IMG/VR virus record: IMGVR_UViG_3300009151_004315 | Coordinates: 1 to 64,000 of that record | DNA: 64,000 bases | Source of the DNA: an uncultured virus (IMG/VR IMGVR_UViG_3300009151_004315) | Taxonomy: Duplodnaviria; Heunggongvirae; Uroviricota; Caudoviricetes | Strand: one strand, 5' to 3' | Shown here: piece by piece, positions 29,735 through 40,623 of the stretch | Layout of the letters: each line of letters opens with the position of its first letter | Position numbering within the stretch: position 1 is the stretch's first letter | Notes under the pieces: generated by a model | Seen by the model: the letters and a program-made list of their open reading frames with translations, nothing else | Databases searched by the model: none | What the model was told of the DNA's origin: nothing | Translations under genes and position numbers: made by a program

Positions 29735-30933
29735 ACTATAACTGTTGGCTCCAAAATTTGTTTTCTATCTATATTTATGTTTAGTACATTATTATCACGG
29801 TACTTTTTAGTGTAGAACATGTGAGGCATCAATACACGCTCAATTTCAGTATGCAATCCACGTGCCCCTGTCTTAAGTGACAATGTATTCTCTGCTAATT
29901 GGTCTAGTGCATCTACCGTAAAGCTTAAATCAATGTTGTCCAAGCTTAACAAGTACTTGTATTGGTCAATATAGTTATTTTTGATTCCGGTCAATACTGT
30001 GATTAACTCATCTTTTGTCAAATCTTCCACATTGACTGTTGTAGTAAAACGACCAATGAACTCGGGAATCATACCAAATTTAACTAAGTCATCTGGACTA
30101 ACATTACTTAAATTACCATCAGTGTTGGCGTTTTTAATTTGAGCGCCAAATCCAATACTTGTACCGTTTTCACGATTGCTAACAATACCCTTTAATCCAA
30201 CAAATGCACCGCCAGCAATGAATAAGATATTCTTAGTATTGATTTCAATCATATCTCCACCGGGATGTTTACGTCCACCACCAGCTGGAATACGACAAAC
30301 AGTACCTTCAACCAGTTTAAGTAATGCTTGTTGAACACCTTCACCTGACACATCACGTGTGATATTAGCACTTTCACCTTTACGGGCAATCTTGTCAATC
30401 TCGTCAATGAATACAATGCCACGCTCGGCTAGTTTAACGTCACCACCTGCGGCATTGAGTAGCATACTAATCATTGATTCAACATCATCACCTACATAAC
30501 CTGCTTCTGTAATACTTGTTGCATCTGCTACGATGAAGGGCACTTTAAGATATTTTGCTACTGTTTTAGCAAGTAAGGTTTTACCTGAACCAGTTGGTCC
30601 TACTAGTAATACATTACCTTTAGAAATCTCTAAGTCTTTAGGTGGTTTGTTGATACGTTTATAGTGATTAGCAATAGCCACACTTAATACTTTTTTAGCA
30701 TTGTGTTGACCAACTACATGAGTATCAAGGAAATCTTTAATAGACTCTGGATCATATGATACTGCATCTTCTATTACAAATTCGTTCTTGGATTCATCGT
30801 CTACCATTAATGTATTGCATAATTCTACGCAATCACTACAGATAGCTACTTCTTCACTTACAATCAATTTTTTTACATTGTCTTTGTGGTTATCACAAAA
30901 GGAACAACGGTTGAGTTTATTTTCTGTTGACAT
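29731..30933 (-). CDS. clpX: ATP-dependent Clp protease ATPase subunit ClpX
   Basis: CSFC...CSDC zinc-binding domain, [33 protein letters not shown] and the IGF loop. Confidence 0.97.
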   Translation of the reverse strand: MSTENKLNRCSFCDNHKDNVKKLIVSEEVAICSDCVELCNTLMVDDESKNEFVIEDAVSYDPESIKDFLDTHVVGQHNAKKVLSVAIANHYKRINKPPKDLEISKGNVLLVGPTGSGKTLLAKTVAKYLKVPFIVADATSITEAGYVGDDVESMISMLLNAAGGDVKLAERGIVFIDEIDKIARKGESANITRDVSGEGVQQALLKLVEGTVCRIPAGGGRKHPGGDMIEINTKNILFIAGGAFVGLKGIVSNRENGTSIGFGAQIKNANTDGNLSNVSPDDLVKFGMIPEFIGRFTTTVNVEDLTKDELITVLTGIKNNYIDQYKYLLSLDNIDLSFTVDALDQLAENTLSLKTGARGLHTEIERVLMPHMFYTKKYRDNNVLNINIDRKQILEPTVIV

Positions 30934-30970
30934 ATTAATACTTATCTACAATTTATTGTTTAAATGATTT

Positions 30971-31939
30971 TTATGGACAACTACTGTCATCTACTACTGA
31001 CAACTCAATATTGTGAATATATTTTATTGCCTCTTCCATATTGGTTAGTCTTAATTCTATTAAGTTTTTTTCTGTTTGATTTCCGTATACTACTAGTGTA
31101 GAACCCAAATCATAAAAAGCTGGCTTCTTACCTACAACAGAATCTGGCACATAACATTGCTTAAACGTTATAGTATTCTTAAAATCTTTAATAGTTAACA
31201 AAATGTTAGGTTTATTTCTTTGCATTTTATCTCTAATAGTCGATGTAATAATCATATCGTTAAACTTATATTGATTTTTACTACCAATAACCCAATCTTT
31301 AGGATCCTTTGCCATTACAGTAACATTGCTCGGGCTGGGTGTTAACAATCCATTACTGCCATCCTCTAATATCTTCAATGCTTCATTAAATGAAACAATG
31401 TAGTTATAGTTCCATTTCAATTCTAATGGAATTTCAATGATACCATTGCGATAGCTATCCACTTTAAATTGATGAACCCCTTGAGTAACAGTAAATGCTT
31501 TTTTGGGATAGTCATTTAATACTTGGTTTAACAATCTATCTGCGTTAGCTTTTACTTGTAGAAATGTTTTATATTGGTTAGAGTGTTTATCAGTATCAAA
31601 GTTTTTAACTTCTTTACCCACTCCTAATATTCTATCGGATAACTTACTACTGGCTACTTGAACATCAACAATAACTTGAATATGATTTCCCAATTTAAAT
31701 GTGTTAATGATTTTGTAATCAGTTACATAACCGGCACTATAAACTAAAATTTCATCTTTAACTAGTTTATAGTTGACAGATTCACGTTCTGTGGTTACGA
31801 CTGAGCCAGCAACAATCTCAATCGCTGTTCTAAAAGCATTTAGTTTAGCTTCCTCGAACGTAGATCCTTGACCACTAACCTGCAATGCGTTAGCAAAAGG
31901 TGCTACCAGACATAATAACACTAATAATAGTCTTTTCAT
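30971..31939 (-). CDS. Exported protein (FlgT-N/LPP20-like N-terminal domain)
   Basis: Signal peptide; GQGSTFEEAKLNAFRTAIE motif. Confidence 0.55.
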   Translation of the reverse strand: MKRLLLVLLCLVAPFANALQVSGQGSTFEEAKLNAFRTAIEIVAGSVVTTERESVNYKLVKDEILVYSAGYVTDYKIINTFKLGNHIQVIVDVQVASSKLSDRILGVGKEVKNFDTDKHSNQYKTFLQVKANADRLLNQVLNDYPKKAFTVTQGVHQFKVDSYRNGIIEIPLELKWNYNYIVSFNEALKILEDGSNGLLTPSPSNVTVMAKDPKDWVIGSKNQYKFNDMIITSTIRDKMQRNKPNILLTIKDFKNTITFKQCYVPDSVVGKKPAFYDLGSTLVVYGNQTEKNLIELRLTNMEEAIKYIHNIELSVVDDSSCP

Positions 31940-32607
31940 TATTGACCAAAGCGTTTACGCATATACATTGCGGCACGTTCAGTATCATGGTCCCAACGAA
32001 TAACTGCCTTAACAGTTTGTCTATCTACGATTTCAGCATCTTTAAGTAATGCACCACGTAGTTTACCTTCAGCATTGTTACGAATGCTTTCACTCAGTGT
32101 ACGAACAACCTCGTTATTGTTTTCACGTACAGCAAAGTTTGTGTCTTTGCTTGCATCTTGGTCACTCATTTCAACTGCTTCATCGGCACTGATACGATTT
32201 TTAATACGATCCTGAGCCTTCTCTACATTCTTTGTAACAGTATTAGAAAAGTTGTTTGAACTAACACCCTCATTCATAAAACGAATTAGTCTTGCCTTCG
32301 CATCCATCTCTGCGGCAATAAATGCACGTTCACGTAATGCTTCACTATTGCCAAAACTATTTGCATAGCCGGTAACTTCAATAGATTGGATTTCACCCTT
32401 GACACACAATGCATCAGTAACACCAAACATACCTGTGCCAAATGCACAAGACCATTCAATCTTGATACCCTGTCGTTTAAAACTAGAGGTAAGTTTTTGT
32501 GTATTAATTGCAGTAATGGGCGCAGATTCTACACTTGCTTTTTTACTGGTTGACGAACATCCAGCTAGCACCAATGCTACTGAAATTGCTACTAGTTTGA
32601 GTTTCAT
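31939..32607 (-). CDS. Lipoprotein (LPP20-like)
   Basis: LAGC lipobox after a signal peptide starting at 32607. Confidence 0.65.
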   Translation of the reverse strand: MKLKLVAISVALVLAGCSSTSKKASVESAPITAINTQKLTSSFKRQGIKIEWSCAFGTGMFGVTDALCVKGEIQSIEVTGYANSFGNSEALRERAFIAAEMDAKARLIRFMNEGVSSNNFSNTVTKNVEKAQDRIKNRISADEAVEMSDQDASKDTNFAVRENNNEVVRTLSESIRNNAEGKLRGALLKDAEIVDRQTVKAVIRWDHDTERAAMYMRKRFGQ

Positions 32608-32637
32608 ATATACTCCGATTTTGTTAAAGATGTGTTT

Positions 32638-32666
32638 ATTATACACTACTTTTAACTAAACGTCAA
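32638..32666 (-). promoter_or_regulatory. sigma70 promoter
   Basis: TTGACG-17 nt-TATAAT. Confidence 0.65.
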
Positions 32667-34198
32667 CTATTTTGGTTACCCTTTTGAATTTTAATGTAAT
32701 CTTCAATTTGGTAACGCTCATTGTCTGACAACAATTCTGGGTCATACTCGCCCTTTGCAATCATATCAATAAGGTAATCAATGTATTTGGTATTGTACAA
32801 GTATGTATTGCTAGAAGTTTTGGCAATTTCAATCCAATTTTGTCCATCAAATTTGTAAACTTTATTGGGTAATACATCTACACGGGTGAACACATCACCT
32901 TTATCCGAGGAATCAGGAAACTTTGGTCCAAACCCACTGGTAATCTGTTTACCCGAATCTACTGAGATTTTTAAGAATTCCGGATGCATACTGAATAATG
33001 CTTCTTTTTGCATATGTTTACCTTCGTATGCAACATATCCGCCTGGTAATTCTTTAAACGGTAAATCCTGTTTTACCAACATAGTGTGATCCTCATCTGC
33101 TGTGAGTTCAACATCAGGTTCTTTTGTAGCAACCATTGGCTTAGTATCAAAATGAACGAATGGTTTATTCAAATATGGATGTTGTTTTAGTATTGATTCT
33201 TCTTCAAAAGGACCATCACTAACGTCACATAATTTATTTGGGCAAAATAGACCGATGCCAGTAGCATTTATCAATTCAGTACCACACATATAACAGTTGA
33301 TTGGTTCATTAACCGATTCTTTAATCTGTACAATTTGGCCATCTGTTAATGGCCCATCATCAGGTTCATATGCTGGTTCTGTGACAGTGGGAGTTGATAC
33401 TGGTTCAGTCCCTAGAGGGCTGTCACCCTCCTCATCCCATTCTTTACTTGCATTGGCAGCTAATACTAAAGCAATAGCTAAAGGATCAAATACAATAACA
33501 AGTAAAATAATAACCCAACGCACTGATGCCTCTAACATATTGGTATCAGCGTTGTCACCATATATCAACGCGGCAATGTATTTTATCGGACCGACTTCTG
33601 CCTCAACCTTGCGTACCTCGGAAGCAATAGGGGCTCGTTCTTCATTAAGTATTGTAATTTTTTTCTGTTCGGCTTCAATCTCAGCAAGGAGACGCCCACG
33701 TTCCTTTTGTTGACCCCTACGTACAGCCACGGCCTTATCTGCACCCGTTTCTGTTGTACTTCGACCCATAATTTGGTCCACTGCCTCATCCATTTGTTTG
33801 AGAGCTTTGCGATTAACATCTATATTTTCCTTTGATATTTTAATCTTCTCATCGTATAATGCAATCTTAGATTGTACATCACCTGAGGTAACACCTTGTT
33901 CCATGTGTGCTTTGCTTAAGAAGCCAAAGATACCCATGCTTGTTAATAGTGCAAGTGCAATAACAGCAGGTACAAGATATAGTTTAAGTAAGAAGCCGGC
34001 ACGATTCCAATACTTACGTAGCCAAACAGTTGTGGTAATCTTACCTATTTCAAGGATACCGCCCATGATGATAACAGGAACAACCGCACCTGCAAAGATG
34101 GCGGTTAATCCAATGATACTATACCAGGCTGCGACTGAGCTAAGTGCAAGAGCAACCAATAGTGTAAGATTTGAGAATGATAGAAATTTTAAGCGCAT
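32663..34198 (-). CDS. Multi-pass membrane protein with coiled coil
   Basis: Three N-terminal TM segments, GIFGFLSKAH, coiled coil, VGPIKYIA, VIVFDPLA and a CxxC...CxxxxC insert. Confidence 0.75.
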   Translation of the reverse strand: MRLKFLSFSNLTLLVALALSSVAAWYSIIGLTAIFAGAVVPVIIMGGILEIGKITTTVWLRKYWNRAGFLLKLYLVPAVIALALLTSMGIFGFLSKAHMEQGVTSGDVQSKIALYDEKIKISKENIDVNRKALKQMDEAVDQIMGRSTTETGADKAVAVRRGQQKERGRLLAEIEAEQKKITILNEERAPIASEVRKVEAEVGPIKYIAALIYGDNADTNMLEASVRWVIILLVIVFDPLAIALVLAANASKEWDEEGDSPLGTEPVSTPTVTEPAYEPDDGPLTDGQIVQIKESVNEPINCYMCGTELINATGIGLFCPNKLCDVSDGPFEEESILKQHPYLNKPFVHFDTKPMVATKEPDVELTADEDHTMLVKQDLPFKELPGGYVAYEGKHMQKEALFSMHPEFLKISVDSGKQITSGFGPKFPDSSDKGDVFTRVDVLPNKVYKFDGQNWIEIAKTSSNTYLYNTKYIDYLIDMIAKGEYDPELLSDNERYQIEDYIKIQKGNQNS

Positions 34199-34205
34199 CT
34201 AATAT

Positions 34206-34412
34206 TTAGTCTTTAAATAGGTAGCCATAAGTGTTGATAAATTCCTCTACTCCCATTACATATCTGACAGGTATACCAGGTCCTGTTTTAGTCATATAAG
34301 TGACCCAGTATATCCCTTCATCACGTAATTTAATTTGTGTGACAGTGATTGTAGCACCATCTTCAAATACAAAAGATTTACCAACTAGCTTTTCTAGTTC
34401 TGGTGGAATCAT
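34206..34412 (-). CDS. Hypothetical protein
   Basis: ORF track. Confidence 0.55.
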   Translation of the reverse strand: MIPPELEKLVGKSFVFEDGATITVTQIKLRDEGIYWVTYMTKTGPGIPVRYVMGVEEFINTYGYLFKD

Positions 34413-35734
34413 TTTGCATTATGATACACATCAAACTGTGACCACTGACCTCGCCAGTTTTCATGTTCACTATCCATACCTTCATCACCAAGTTCTTCAC
34501 CATCATATACTAATCGTGTGACTACGCTTGTGCCTTGAATATCCCAGTTGAATACTTTCAGTTTCTTAGGTTCAAATGCACCTTCAATACTTGTTTGAAT
34601 ACAACTGCCCTTACCACCTTGTGTCCACATCAACCAGTAACCTTTACCTAGATGTTCTGGATAGAGTTCTTCTACTTCTTCTGATGCTTCCCAACGGCTA
34701 TCTTCTTCTCCGTGTGCGTCACTAAAGAATGATTCAATGTCGCCGTCATAGATTGTCTCGCCTGCACTATTTTCAATGGTCATACGGGTATCGTCTTGGT
34801 CAAAGCCCCAGAATGAATGTTTACCTTGATACTCATAATAAGGCAAATCAAATCGTGCCGCCTTAGGAGTTTTGTTCTCATCGTAGTCATAATTCTCGTT
34901 AAGTGCATCACTCAAGTCATCTTCGTGATCCTCATTACTCCAGTAATCATATTGTTGTTTCTTAATCTTATGTACGCCAATCTCACGTGTACGACCCCAG
35001 ATACGAATTGTATATGTATCTTCAGGATAAATTTCTTTTAATGAATCATCATCCTCAACTACAATATTTTCAAAGGGCCATTCAGCAGTTTCTACGAAAT
35101 TACTATCTGGAGTGGGCCATTGTGTAGTAGGAGTATCCACTATTAATTTTTCAAACTCCAGTTTGAGTTCTTCTAATCCTGCTTCTAACTCAGCAGTATC
35201 TACATGTTCTTCTTCCTCTTCATCAAGGGCTTCTTTAGCCCAACGTGCTTCACGTTCTGCTTTTTCTTGTTCTTCTTTAACACCGGCTTCTGTTAATACG
35301 AGATTGCTATCACACATTGGACAAATCTTAACAGCCTCATCTAATTGTTTGCCACCTTTATATACCCAAGACATTTCAGCATCATAACTTTGACCAACCC
35401 ATTTACAATTACTACATTTGTGCGTGGGTTTTGGTGGCTCGGGTTCAACATGCCAACTAGATTTGTCACCTAATTCATATGTAACTTCGTAACCACCTTT
35501 GCGGTCAGTCCAACAGTCATCATATTGAAATTCCCATTCAATGTCAACATCATTTTCGTTGGCATCGTCAAGCACTTCTTCATAATCAATTTCACCTGCC
35601 TCGAGGTCTGCGAGTTTTTGTGCAATCTCATCTTCATCTAAGTCAGGATAGATTTCACTTAATAGTGCTTCATCAATTTCAATAGCATATTGTCTATCGT
35701 GTTGATGCCATTCATGTTTTACGACTGTTACCAT
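34409..35734 (-). CDS. Highly acidic multi-domain hypothetical protein with a Zn ribbon
   Basis: Asp/Glu-rich; CSNC...CPMC. Confidence 0.7.
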   Translation of the reverse strand: MVTVVKHEWHQHDRQYAIEIDEALLSEIYPDLDEDEIAQKLADLEAGEIDYEEVLDDANENDVDIEWEFQYDDCWTDRKGGYEVTYELGDKSSWHVEPEPPKPTHKCSNCKWVGQSYDAEMSWVYKGGKQLDEAVKICPMCDSNLVLTEAGVKEEQEKAEREARWAKEALDEEEEEHVDTAELEAGLEELKLEFEKLIVDTPTTQWPTPDSNFVETAEWPFENIVVEDDDSLKEIYPEDTYTIRIWGRTREIGVHKIKKQQYDYWSNEDHEDDLSDALNENYDYDENKTPKAARFDLPYYEYQGKHSFWGFDQDDTRMTIENSAGETIYDGDIESFFSDAHGEEDSRWEASEEVEELYPEHLGKGYWLMWTQGGKGSCIQTSIEGAFEPKKLKVFNWDIQGTSVVTRLVYDGEELGDEGMDSEHENWRGQWSQFDVYHNAK

Positions 35735-35861
35735 TTTGTGCCTCCTTAGCGTTCTGGTAAATTTTCTTTAATATATCTACTATTGGACGAACTATCCATC
35801 CACCCCAAACTATACCACAAATAAAATAAATCCATTCATTGAAAGTCATAATGTCATTGTA

Positions 35862-37196
35862 TCACTTATCGTCACGGAAACGAACAAATCTGGGGAAACG
35901 CAAACTATATGTACCATCTTGGTTCTGTGTAATTACATCACATAAGACTTCACAAGTGCGACCAATGACCAAATTACGGTTAGTGTAATAATCATCTCTA
36001 TCAACATCACTAAAGCCACTACCCACATTGACTGTAATTTCTTTCCCGTCGTCAACTCCATGACAAACCAGTGCTCCAAGTCTTCCCAAGTTTCTACCAG
36101 TACCTTCTTCAACACCTACGACCTCCAAATCTACAGTTAATGTTGGCTTCCATTTCATCCAATCAGTGCTACGTTTACAGATATATGGAGCTTCTAATTC
36201 TTTAATCATAATGCCTTCAAACCCTGCATTGACATTGTCCTTAGCATAACGCATCAATTGATCCTTACCTGCGGCTGTATCTAAGTCAACCATGATGTGT
36301 GGTAATAGTTCAACATTGGGCATAGTGTCAACCACGTGCCGAATGTGTTCAAGGATATCGATACGTTTACGCAGTTGACTATTCCAATGTCCTTCACGGA
36401 AATCACTCAATGGAATAATATCAAAGATATTAAACACACTGTCATCAGCCTGCACGTTGTCTTTTCTACGTGCTTGTCGCATCAGTTCTTGGAATGTATT
36501 ACCGATCACTTCACCGTCTAATACGAACCCGTTAATCAATGCGTTCTGATGTCCTCTAGCAATTTTAATCCAGTTCTCACGCACCTGTTCTTCAATGTGA
36601 CCAAAGTTGTCAAACTGTTTGCCGTTACGACTGAAACAGATAGTAGTCACATCACCAAAGTCACTTGGGATAACCATTAGTAACACACGAACACCATCAA
36701 GCTTTGGCTCAAGACGTTTAACACCTTTCATCTCAGGACGACCCTCGCTATTAGTTGCTAGTTGACAACCAAAGATTGGGATCTCGTAATCAGTTTTTTT
36801 ACAGATTTTATTAACTGTCTTATCGCTGATACCTGCACGTAAGTCTCTACGCAATACAGGTGCTAAGAATGTATTCCATTCACTACTATCAAAACGCTCT
36901 GCCATTTCCTGAATAGCATCACGTGCGGCATGACCTGTCAATCTACGTTGGCTAAGTTGTAACATCAATTCATTAAACTCTTCCCAGGGATTTTCTGCAT
37001 CACTAATACCTACTGTGTCTGGTACTTGGCGAACACCAAACGTAACGTAAGGATTGTAACACGCTTTTACAAAAGACAAGAAATTGATAGCGTTTGTACT
37101 ACCTAGGACACTTGCCTCTAATGCTCGTTTGATAACGTCTTCCTTGTGTAGGCGACTATCTGATTCGTTTAGTTTATTAATCCAACTTGCACTCAT
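35862..37196 (-). CDS. ATP-dependent DNA ligase
   Basis: EPKLDGVR (KxDG), SRNGK, LDGE, EGIMIK, WMKWK, VGSGF and SLRFPRF. Confidence 0.95.
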   Translation of the reverse strand: MSASWINKLNESDSRLHKEDVIKRALEASVLGSTNAINFLSFVKACYNPYVTFGVRQVPDTVGISDAENPWEEFNELMLQLSQRRLTGHAARDAIQEMAERFDSSEWNTFLAPVLRRDLRAGISDKTVNKICKKTDYEIPIFGCQLATNSEGRPEMKGVKRLEPKLDGVRVLLMVIPSDFGDVTTICFSRNGKQFDNFGHIEEQVRENWIKIARGHQNALINGFVLDGEVIGNTFQELMRQARRKDNVQADDSVFNIFDIIPLSDFREGHWNSQLRKRIDILEHIRHVVDTMPNVELLPHIMVDLDTAAGKDQLMRYAKDNVNAGFEGIMIKELEAPYICKRSTDWMKWKPTLTVDLEVVGVEEGTGRNLGRLGALVCHGVDDGKEITVNVGSGFSDVDRDDYYTNRNLVIGRTCEVLCDVITQNQDGTYSLRFPRFVRFRDDK

Positions 37197-37342
37197 TTTT
37201 CACTCCATTCACAGGTACAGTATTGAAACTCATGTCGGGTTTCATCTATAGGTAGATAATCAAACTCAGGGCAATAGTGTGCCTTCTCACCAGTCAATAT
37301 CTTACCGTGTATTTGTAAGCAATCTTTTTCAAACTCGGTCAT
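37193..37342 (-). CDS. Small Cys/His-rich protein (49 aa)
   Basis: Read manually: MTEFEKDC...AHYCPEFDYLPIDE...CTC; ATGA-coupled at both ends. Confidence 0.5.
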   Translation of the reverse strand: MTEFEKDCLQIHGKILTGEKAHYCPEFDYLPIDETRHEFQYCTCEWSEK

Positions 37343-37626
37343 TCTGTAACTCCAAAATGTTGTTTAATCAAATTCGAAGCAAGGAATGGTTCCGCAGTAT
37401 CAGCAATCTCGGCGCATTTAAGAACAATCAACTCAGCGAACTTTTCATATACTGTGTCGTCGGGCATTGTTACATATTTTACGCCCGCCTGTTCAAGTAG
37501 TTCTCTAATTCGTTCGTTCTTTTTAAGTTTTAGTTTAGGAGCATACGGACCTCTACTACAAACGTGTGCAACATCAAAGTCTGGGTAAGTGCCTGCACAA
37601 TGCTGGCAAACAAATCGCTTATTCAT
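37339..37626 (-). CDS. Small protein, EKFAELIV-x-x-C family
   Basis: NERIRELLEQAG...EKFAELIVLKCAEIAD...IKQHFGV. Confidence 0.6.
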   Translation of the reverse strand: MNKRFVCQHCAGTYPDFDVAHVCSRGPYAPKLKLKKNERIRELLEQAGVKYVTMPDDTVYEKFAELIVLKCAEIADTAEPFLASNLIKQHFGVTE

Positions 37627-37629
37627 ATA

Positions 37630-38115
37630 TTATCCTGAGAATGGCCACGCTGTCGTTGCGACAAAAGGTGGACGGGGTTTAAGTTCTATTGTTTCAATAG
37701 TCTCATTATACACGTCCTCGTCAATTTTGTCAACAGTAAACGGACCCAAAATAGTAATAGTATCCTCTTCAACTTCCCAATTATGTTCACCATCATAGAG
37801 CCAACCTGCACCACCGTCTGCCCAAAGTTGTTCAATTTCTTCTTTTTCTTCTTCGGTGAAACTGTCATCAAACTCAAAATCTACTGCACAAAGGTCCTCA
37901 AGTTCACAGCCCCAACCAATAGTAGGATCGACACAATGGTATCTGTCATCACTAAAGGGTAGTTCATCTTCATCTTCTACAAATCCTTGACCCCAACGAT
38001 ATAGTTCAGTAACACTCCAACCACGGATATTACCTTGTTCATCTTTGCTGTAAACATCATAGTATGCCTCAACGGATTTTTTATCTTGTGGTTTAATTCT
38101 GTATAGTATATTCAT
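37630..38115 (-). CDS. Acidic hypothetical protein
   Basis: AGGAG SD before ATG at 38115. Confidence 0.65.
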   Translation of the reverse strand: MNILYRIKPQDKKSVEAYYDVYSKDEQGNIRGWSVTELYRWGQGFVEDEDELPFSDDRYHCVDPTIGWGCELEDLCAVDFEFDDSFTEEEKEEIEQLWADGGAGWLYDGEHNWEVEEDTITILGPFTVDKIDEDVYNETIETIELKPRPPFVATTAWPFSG

Positions 38116-38533
38116 TATATTCTCCTTGTAAAAGCATATCAATATGCGCTGTTAAATTATCTACATCCAAACCATGTGCCAGATAACCTTCATATAAACA
38201 GTTATCATAACCCACACTTGGTGCAATTTCTGGACCTTTACTATTCATAATATAAGCCATAGCAACTGAACCATCAAGTAATACTACATCAATCTTATTA
38301 TAATAATAAGGATAACCTTCTAATCTATCTAATGATTTTTCACACTCAGGTGTAATCTCCCACAATACACCTTCCATTGCACTACCGGGAACAAGGTCAA
38401 TATCGGCGTGGTGTCTAAACTTTAACTCAAAGTTAGGCAATACACAACGACCGAGACTAACCGCTTTTGGACAACGATTATTCATCTCGGCAATATTTGT
38501 ATTCATACCATATGCAAAATAATATCTGTTCAT
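38093..38533 (-). CDS. Gamma-glutamylcyclotransferase (AIG2/GGCT-like)
   Basis: YYFAYGMN...GVLWEI...LDRLEGYP. Confidence 0.85.
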   Translation of the reverse strand: MNRYYFAYGMNTNIAEMNNRCPKAVSLGRCVLPNFELKFRHHADIDLVPGSAMEGVLWEITPECEKSLDRLEGYPYYYNKIDVVLLDGSVAMAYIMNSKGPEIAPSVGYDNCLYEGYLAHGLDVDNLTAHIDMLLQGEYNEYTIQN

Positions 38534-38961
38534 TACCAGCTACTGTTATAAAATACTTTCAATCCTAAGAACACTTCTGCCTTAGCGTTATTTACAAACT
38601 CAAGGTCTTGTTCATAGTAATGACTGTCAGCGGGATTACCAAAGAAGAAACCTTGTGTATCTGGAAGTTGACTATGCCGAATCGCTCGTTCAAGTTCATC
38701 CAAATCATCCCAAGTTAGTTCAAGTTCAATGCCATTGAATGTAGCATCACTATTACCTGTACCGGGCATACCCTTGCTTCGCCAAAGACGTTCCATCCAA
38801 CCATGCAAGTTAGGATGTTTACGCCAATAAGCAATTTCGTATGGCTTAGTAACAGTTGTACTTACAAATTCATTAACTGTTTTATCAAACTCGGCAGTTT
38901 CATAATAATCATTGTATTGCCCTTTCTTGTTGGCAACATATGCATACATATCTAGTCCCAT
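38533..38961 (-). CDS. Hypothetical phage protein
   Basis: MGLDMY...AYWRKHPNLHGWM...GFFFG...YNSSW family pattern. Confidence 0.7.
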   Translation of the reverse strand: MGLDMYAYVANKKGQYNDYYETAEFDKTVNEFVSTTVTKPYEIAYWRKHPNLHGWMERLWRSKGMPGTGNSDATFNGIELELTWDDLDELERAIRHSQLPDTQGFFFGNPADSHYYEQDLEFVNNAKAEVFLGLKVFYNSSW

Positions 38962-38990
38962 AATCTCCTCCACCTTTTTACGTTTATATT

Positions 38991-39119
38991 TCACTTTGTT
39001 TGTTCAATAGTCACTTCTTTAACCTTGTCTATGCTTTTATCAGCCATCTTAGCAATACCACTAAAGCCAACTGTTGAGACAACGATACCAAGAACAAAGC
39101 CTACTAATAAATTTATCAT
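38991..39119 (-). CDS. Small membrane protein
   Basis: MINLLVGFVLGIVVSTVGFSGIAK. Confidence 0.5.
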   Translation of the reverse strand: MINLLVGFVLGIVVSTVGFSGIAKMADKSIDKVKEVTIEQTK

Positions 39120-39121
39120 TT

Positions 39122-39355
39122 TCAAATCTCCGGAAATTCTAATTTTTGCCAATCTTCGGCATACTCTGTTTTTAACACAGTTGCCGCATCTGTATAGCCA
39201 TGATTGACTAATGTTTGAATACACTTTTCTACAATCAAACTAGCAAAAGCATCAGGATCAAAATCATATGTATATGTAGAACGATTACCTTCACCGTCTA
39301 CTTCAACATAACCTTTGGCTTCTTTAAAAAGTTTTTCGATATCTTTATTCATCAT
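39122..39355 (-). CDS. Small protein, FAxLIV-x-x-C family
   Basis: DAFASLIVEKC. Confidence 0.6.
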   Translation of the reverse strand: MMNKDIEKLFKEAKGYVEVDGEGNRSTYTYDFDPDAFASLIVEKCIQTLVNHGYTDAATVLKTEYAEDWQKLEFPEI

Positions 39356-39551
39356 TCAACTCCACCATTCCAAAATGTATAAGTAAATCTCTACCCAATA
39401 ACGGACCATGTTCCCATGCACTACATGCATAACGATTACATTCCTGAACAATCAACTCGGCAAACTTTTCCATATTATTCGGCAATCCAATTTCCAAAAA
39501 GTCTTTTGAGTAACCAGCCTGTTCAGCAAATTCTTTAAATAGAATGTTCAT
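39345..39551 (-). CDS. Small protein, EKFAELIV-x-x-C family
   Basis: EQAG...EKFAELIVQEC...HFG. Confidence 0.6.
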   Translation of the reverse strand: MNILFKEFAEQAGYSKDFLEIGLPNNMEKFAELIVQECNRYACSAWEHGPLLGRDLLIHFGMVELNDE

Positions 39552-40288
39552 ACAATAACCTTCACACGATTAAGTTGGGTACTATTGTCTCTATAACCTT
39601 TAACAGTACCATAAATGTCATACATCTTTCCTACGTCTAATTCACTCTTGTAAGCAAAGAATACAACTTGGTCATCACTAGTGATACCAGTAATAAAATT
39701 TACATTGTAAGTTTGCGAATATGCCGATCTTAATACTTCAACACTCGTTGATATTTTATTACCAACTTGACCAATAAAACCACCAGTAGAAAAGTTAATA
39801 CGCTGGTCTACTGTTTGACGTTTTACACCACGCTCATAGCAACTTGGCAAACTTGCAATTACTGCCAAATCATAAGTACCAGTGATAACCTCACGATTGG
39901 CAATCAACATAGCATTGTTATCAAACTCACTTAGTTGTTTACCTTGTAGTATTTTGAAAGTAAATGCCTGATAGAAAGCACGAACCTTTTTACCCTGTTC
40001 ACGGTCTTCGTCAGTAATCAATGTAGTATCAACCAACAAACTTTCAACAATCTGACGATTGGATAGTTTGTTTTGGCTCTTGTCGTCCTCGGTCAATACA
40101 CTCAGTTTAACATACGCACCATTTGTACGTTGTGCCTGACAGGCCGCGGCCCATACATCATCGGCATTAAGATTCAACACAACTTTTTTAGTGTTAGACC
40201 TTGCACGATATGGAGTAGTGTCATCAGCATGACCCATGCGTTGGATCTGACGACTAGTCATATTTGATACGTTAGCAAATCCGTACAT
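39548..40288 (-). CDS. Hypothetical protein with probable C-terminal OB fold
   Basis: FIGQVGNKI...GTVKGYRDNSTQLNRVK. Confidence 0.6.
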   Translation of the reverse strand: MYGFANVSNMTSRQIQRMGHADDTTPYRARSNTKKVVLNLNADDVWAAACQAQRTNGAYVKLSVLTEDDKSQNKLSNRQIVESLLVDTTLITDEDREQGKKVRAFYQAFTFKILQGKQLSEFDNNAMLIANREVITGTYDLAVIASLPSCYERGVKRQTVDQRINFSTGGFIGQVGNKISTSVEVLRSAYSQTYNVNFITGITSDDQVVFFAYKSELDVGKMYDIYGTVKGYRDNSTQLNRVKVIV

Positions 40289-40298
40289 AATTGTCTCC

Positions 40299-40556
40299 TT
40301 AAACGAATTCGTAAAACTTAACAGATGGGTCTAACTTTTGCAATTCTTTAGCCGCCATTGTCAATTCCTTGTAGCGTTTCTGAACCAGACTACGGGGCAG
40401 TTCACCATCACAAGTCAAATTCTCGGGACTCAAATCACTATCGATTGAATCGGCAATCTTTTGACGGTCAGTAGCATTGTCTAATGTAAGTTCTTTGGCA
40501 CCAAAGATTGTAGCGTAAGCGTTCTTGCGAACCAGATATGTTTTTAATGCTGACAT
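40299..40556 (-). CDS. Early cassette gene, hypothetical
   Basis: LSPENLTCDGE motif; downstream of a promoter repeat. Confidence 0.7.
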   Translation of the reverse strand: MSALKTYLVRKNAYATIFGAKELTLDNATDRQKIADSIDSDLSPENLTCDGELPRSLVQKRYKELTMAAKELQKLDPSVKFYEFV

Positions 40557-40623
40557 TTTTAACTCCTGTTGTTTAACTGTTTAAGATTCTATTATATACC
40601 CAAAACCATTTATCGTCAACCTT

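Noticed and set aside
21588..30933. Bacterial chromosomal origin of the clp/dnaK/rpsU block
   Set aside because: Gene order is non-bacterial (no tig, lon, dnaJ or grpE), the genes are interleaved with phage ORFs, and they share the same promoter motifs and composition.
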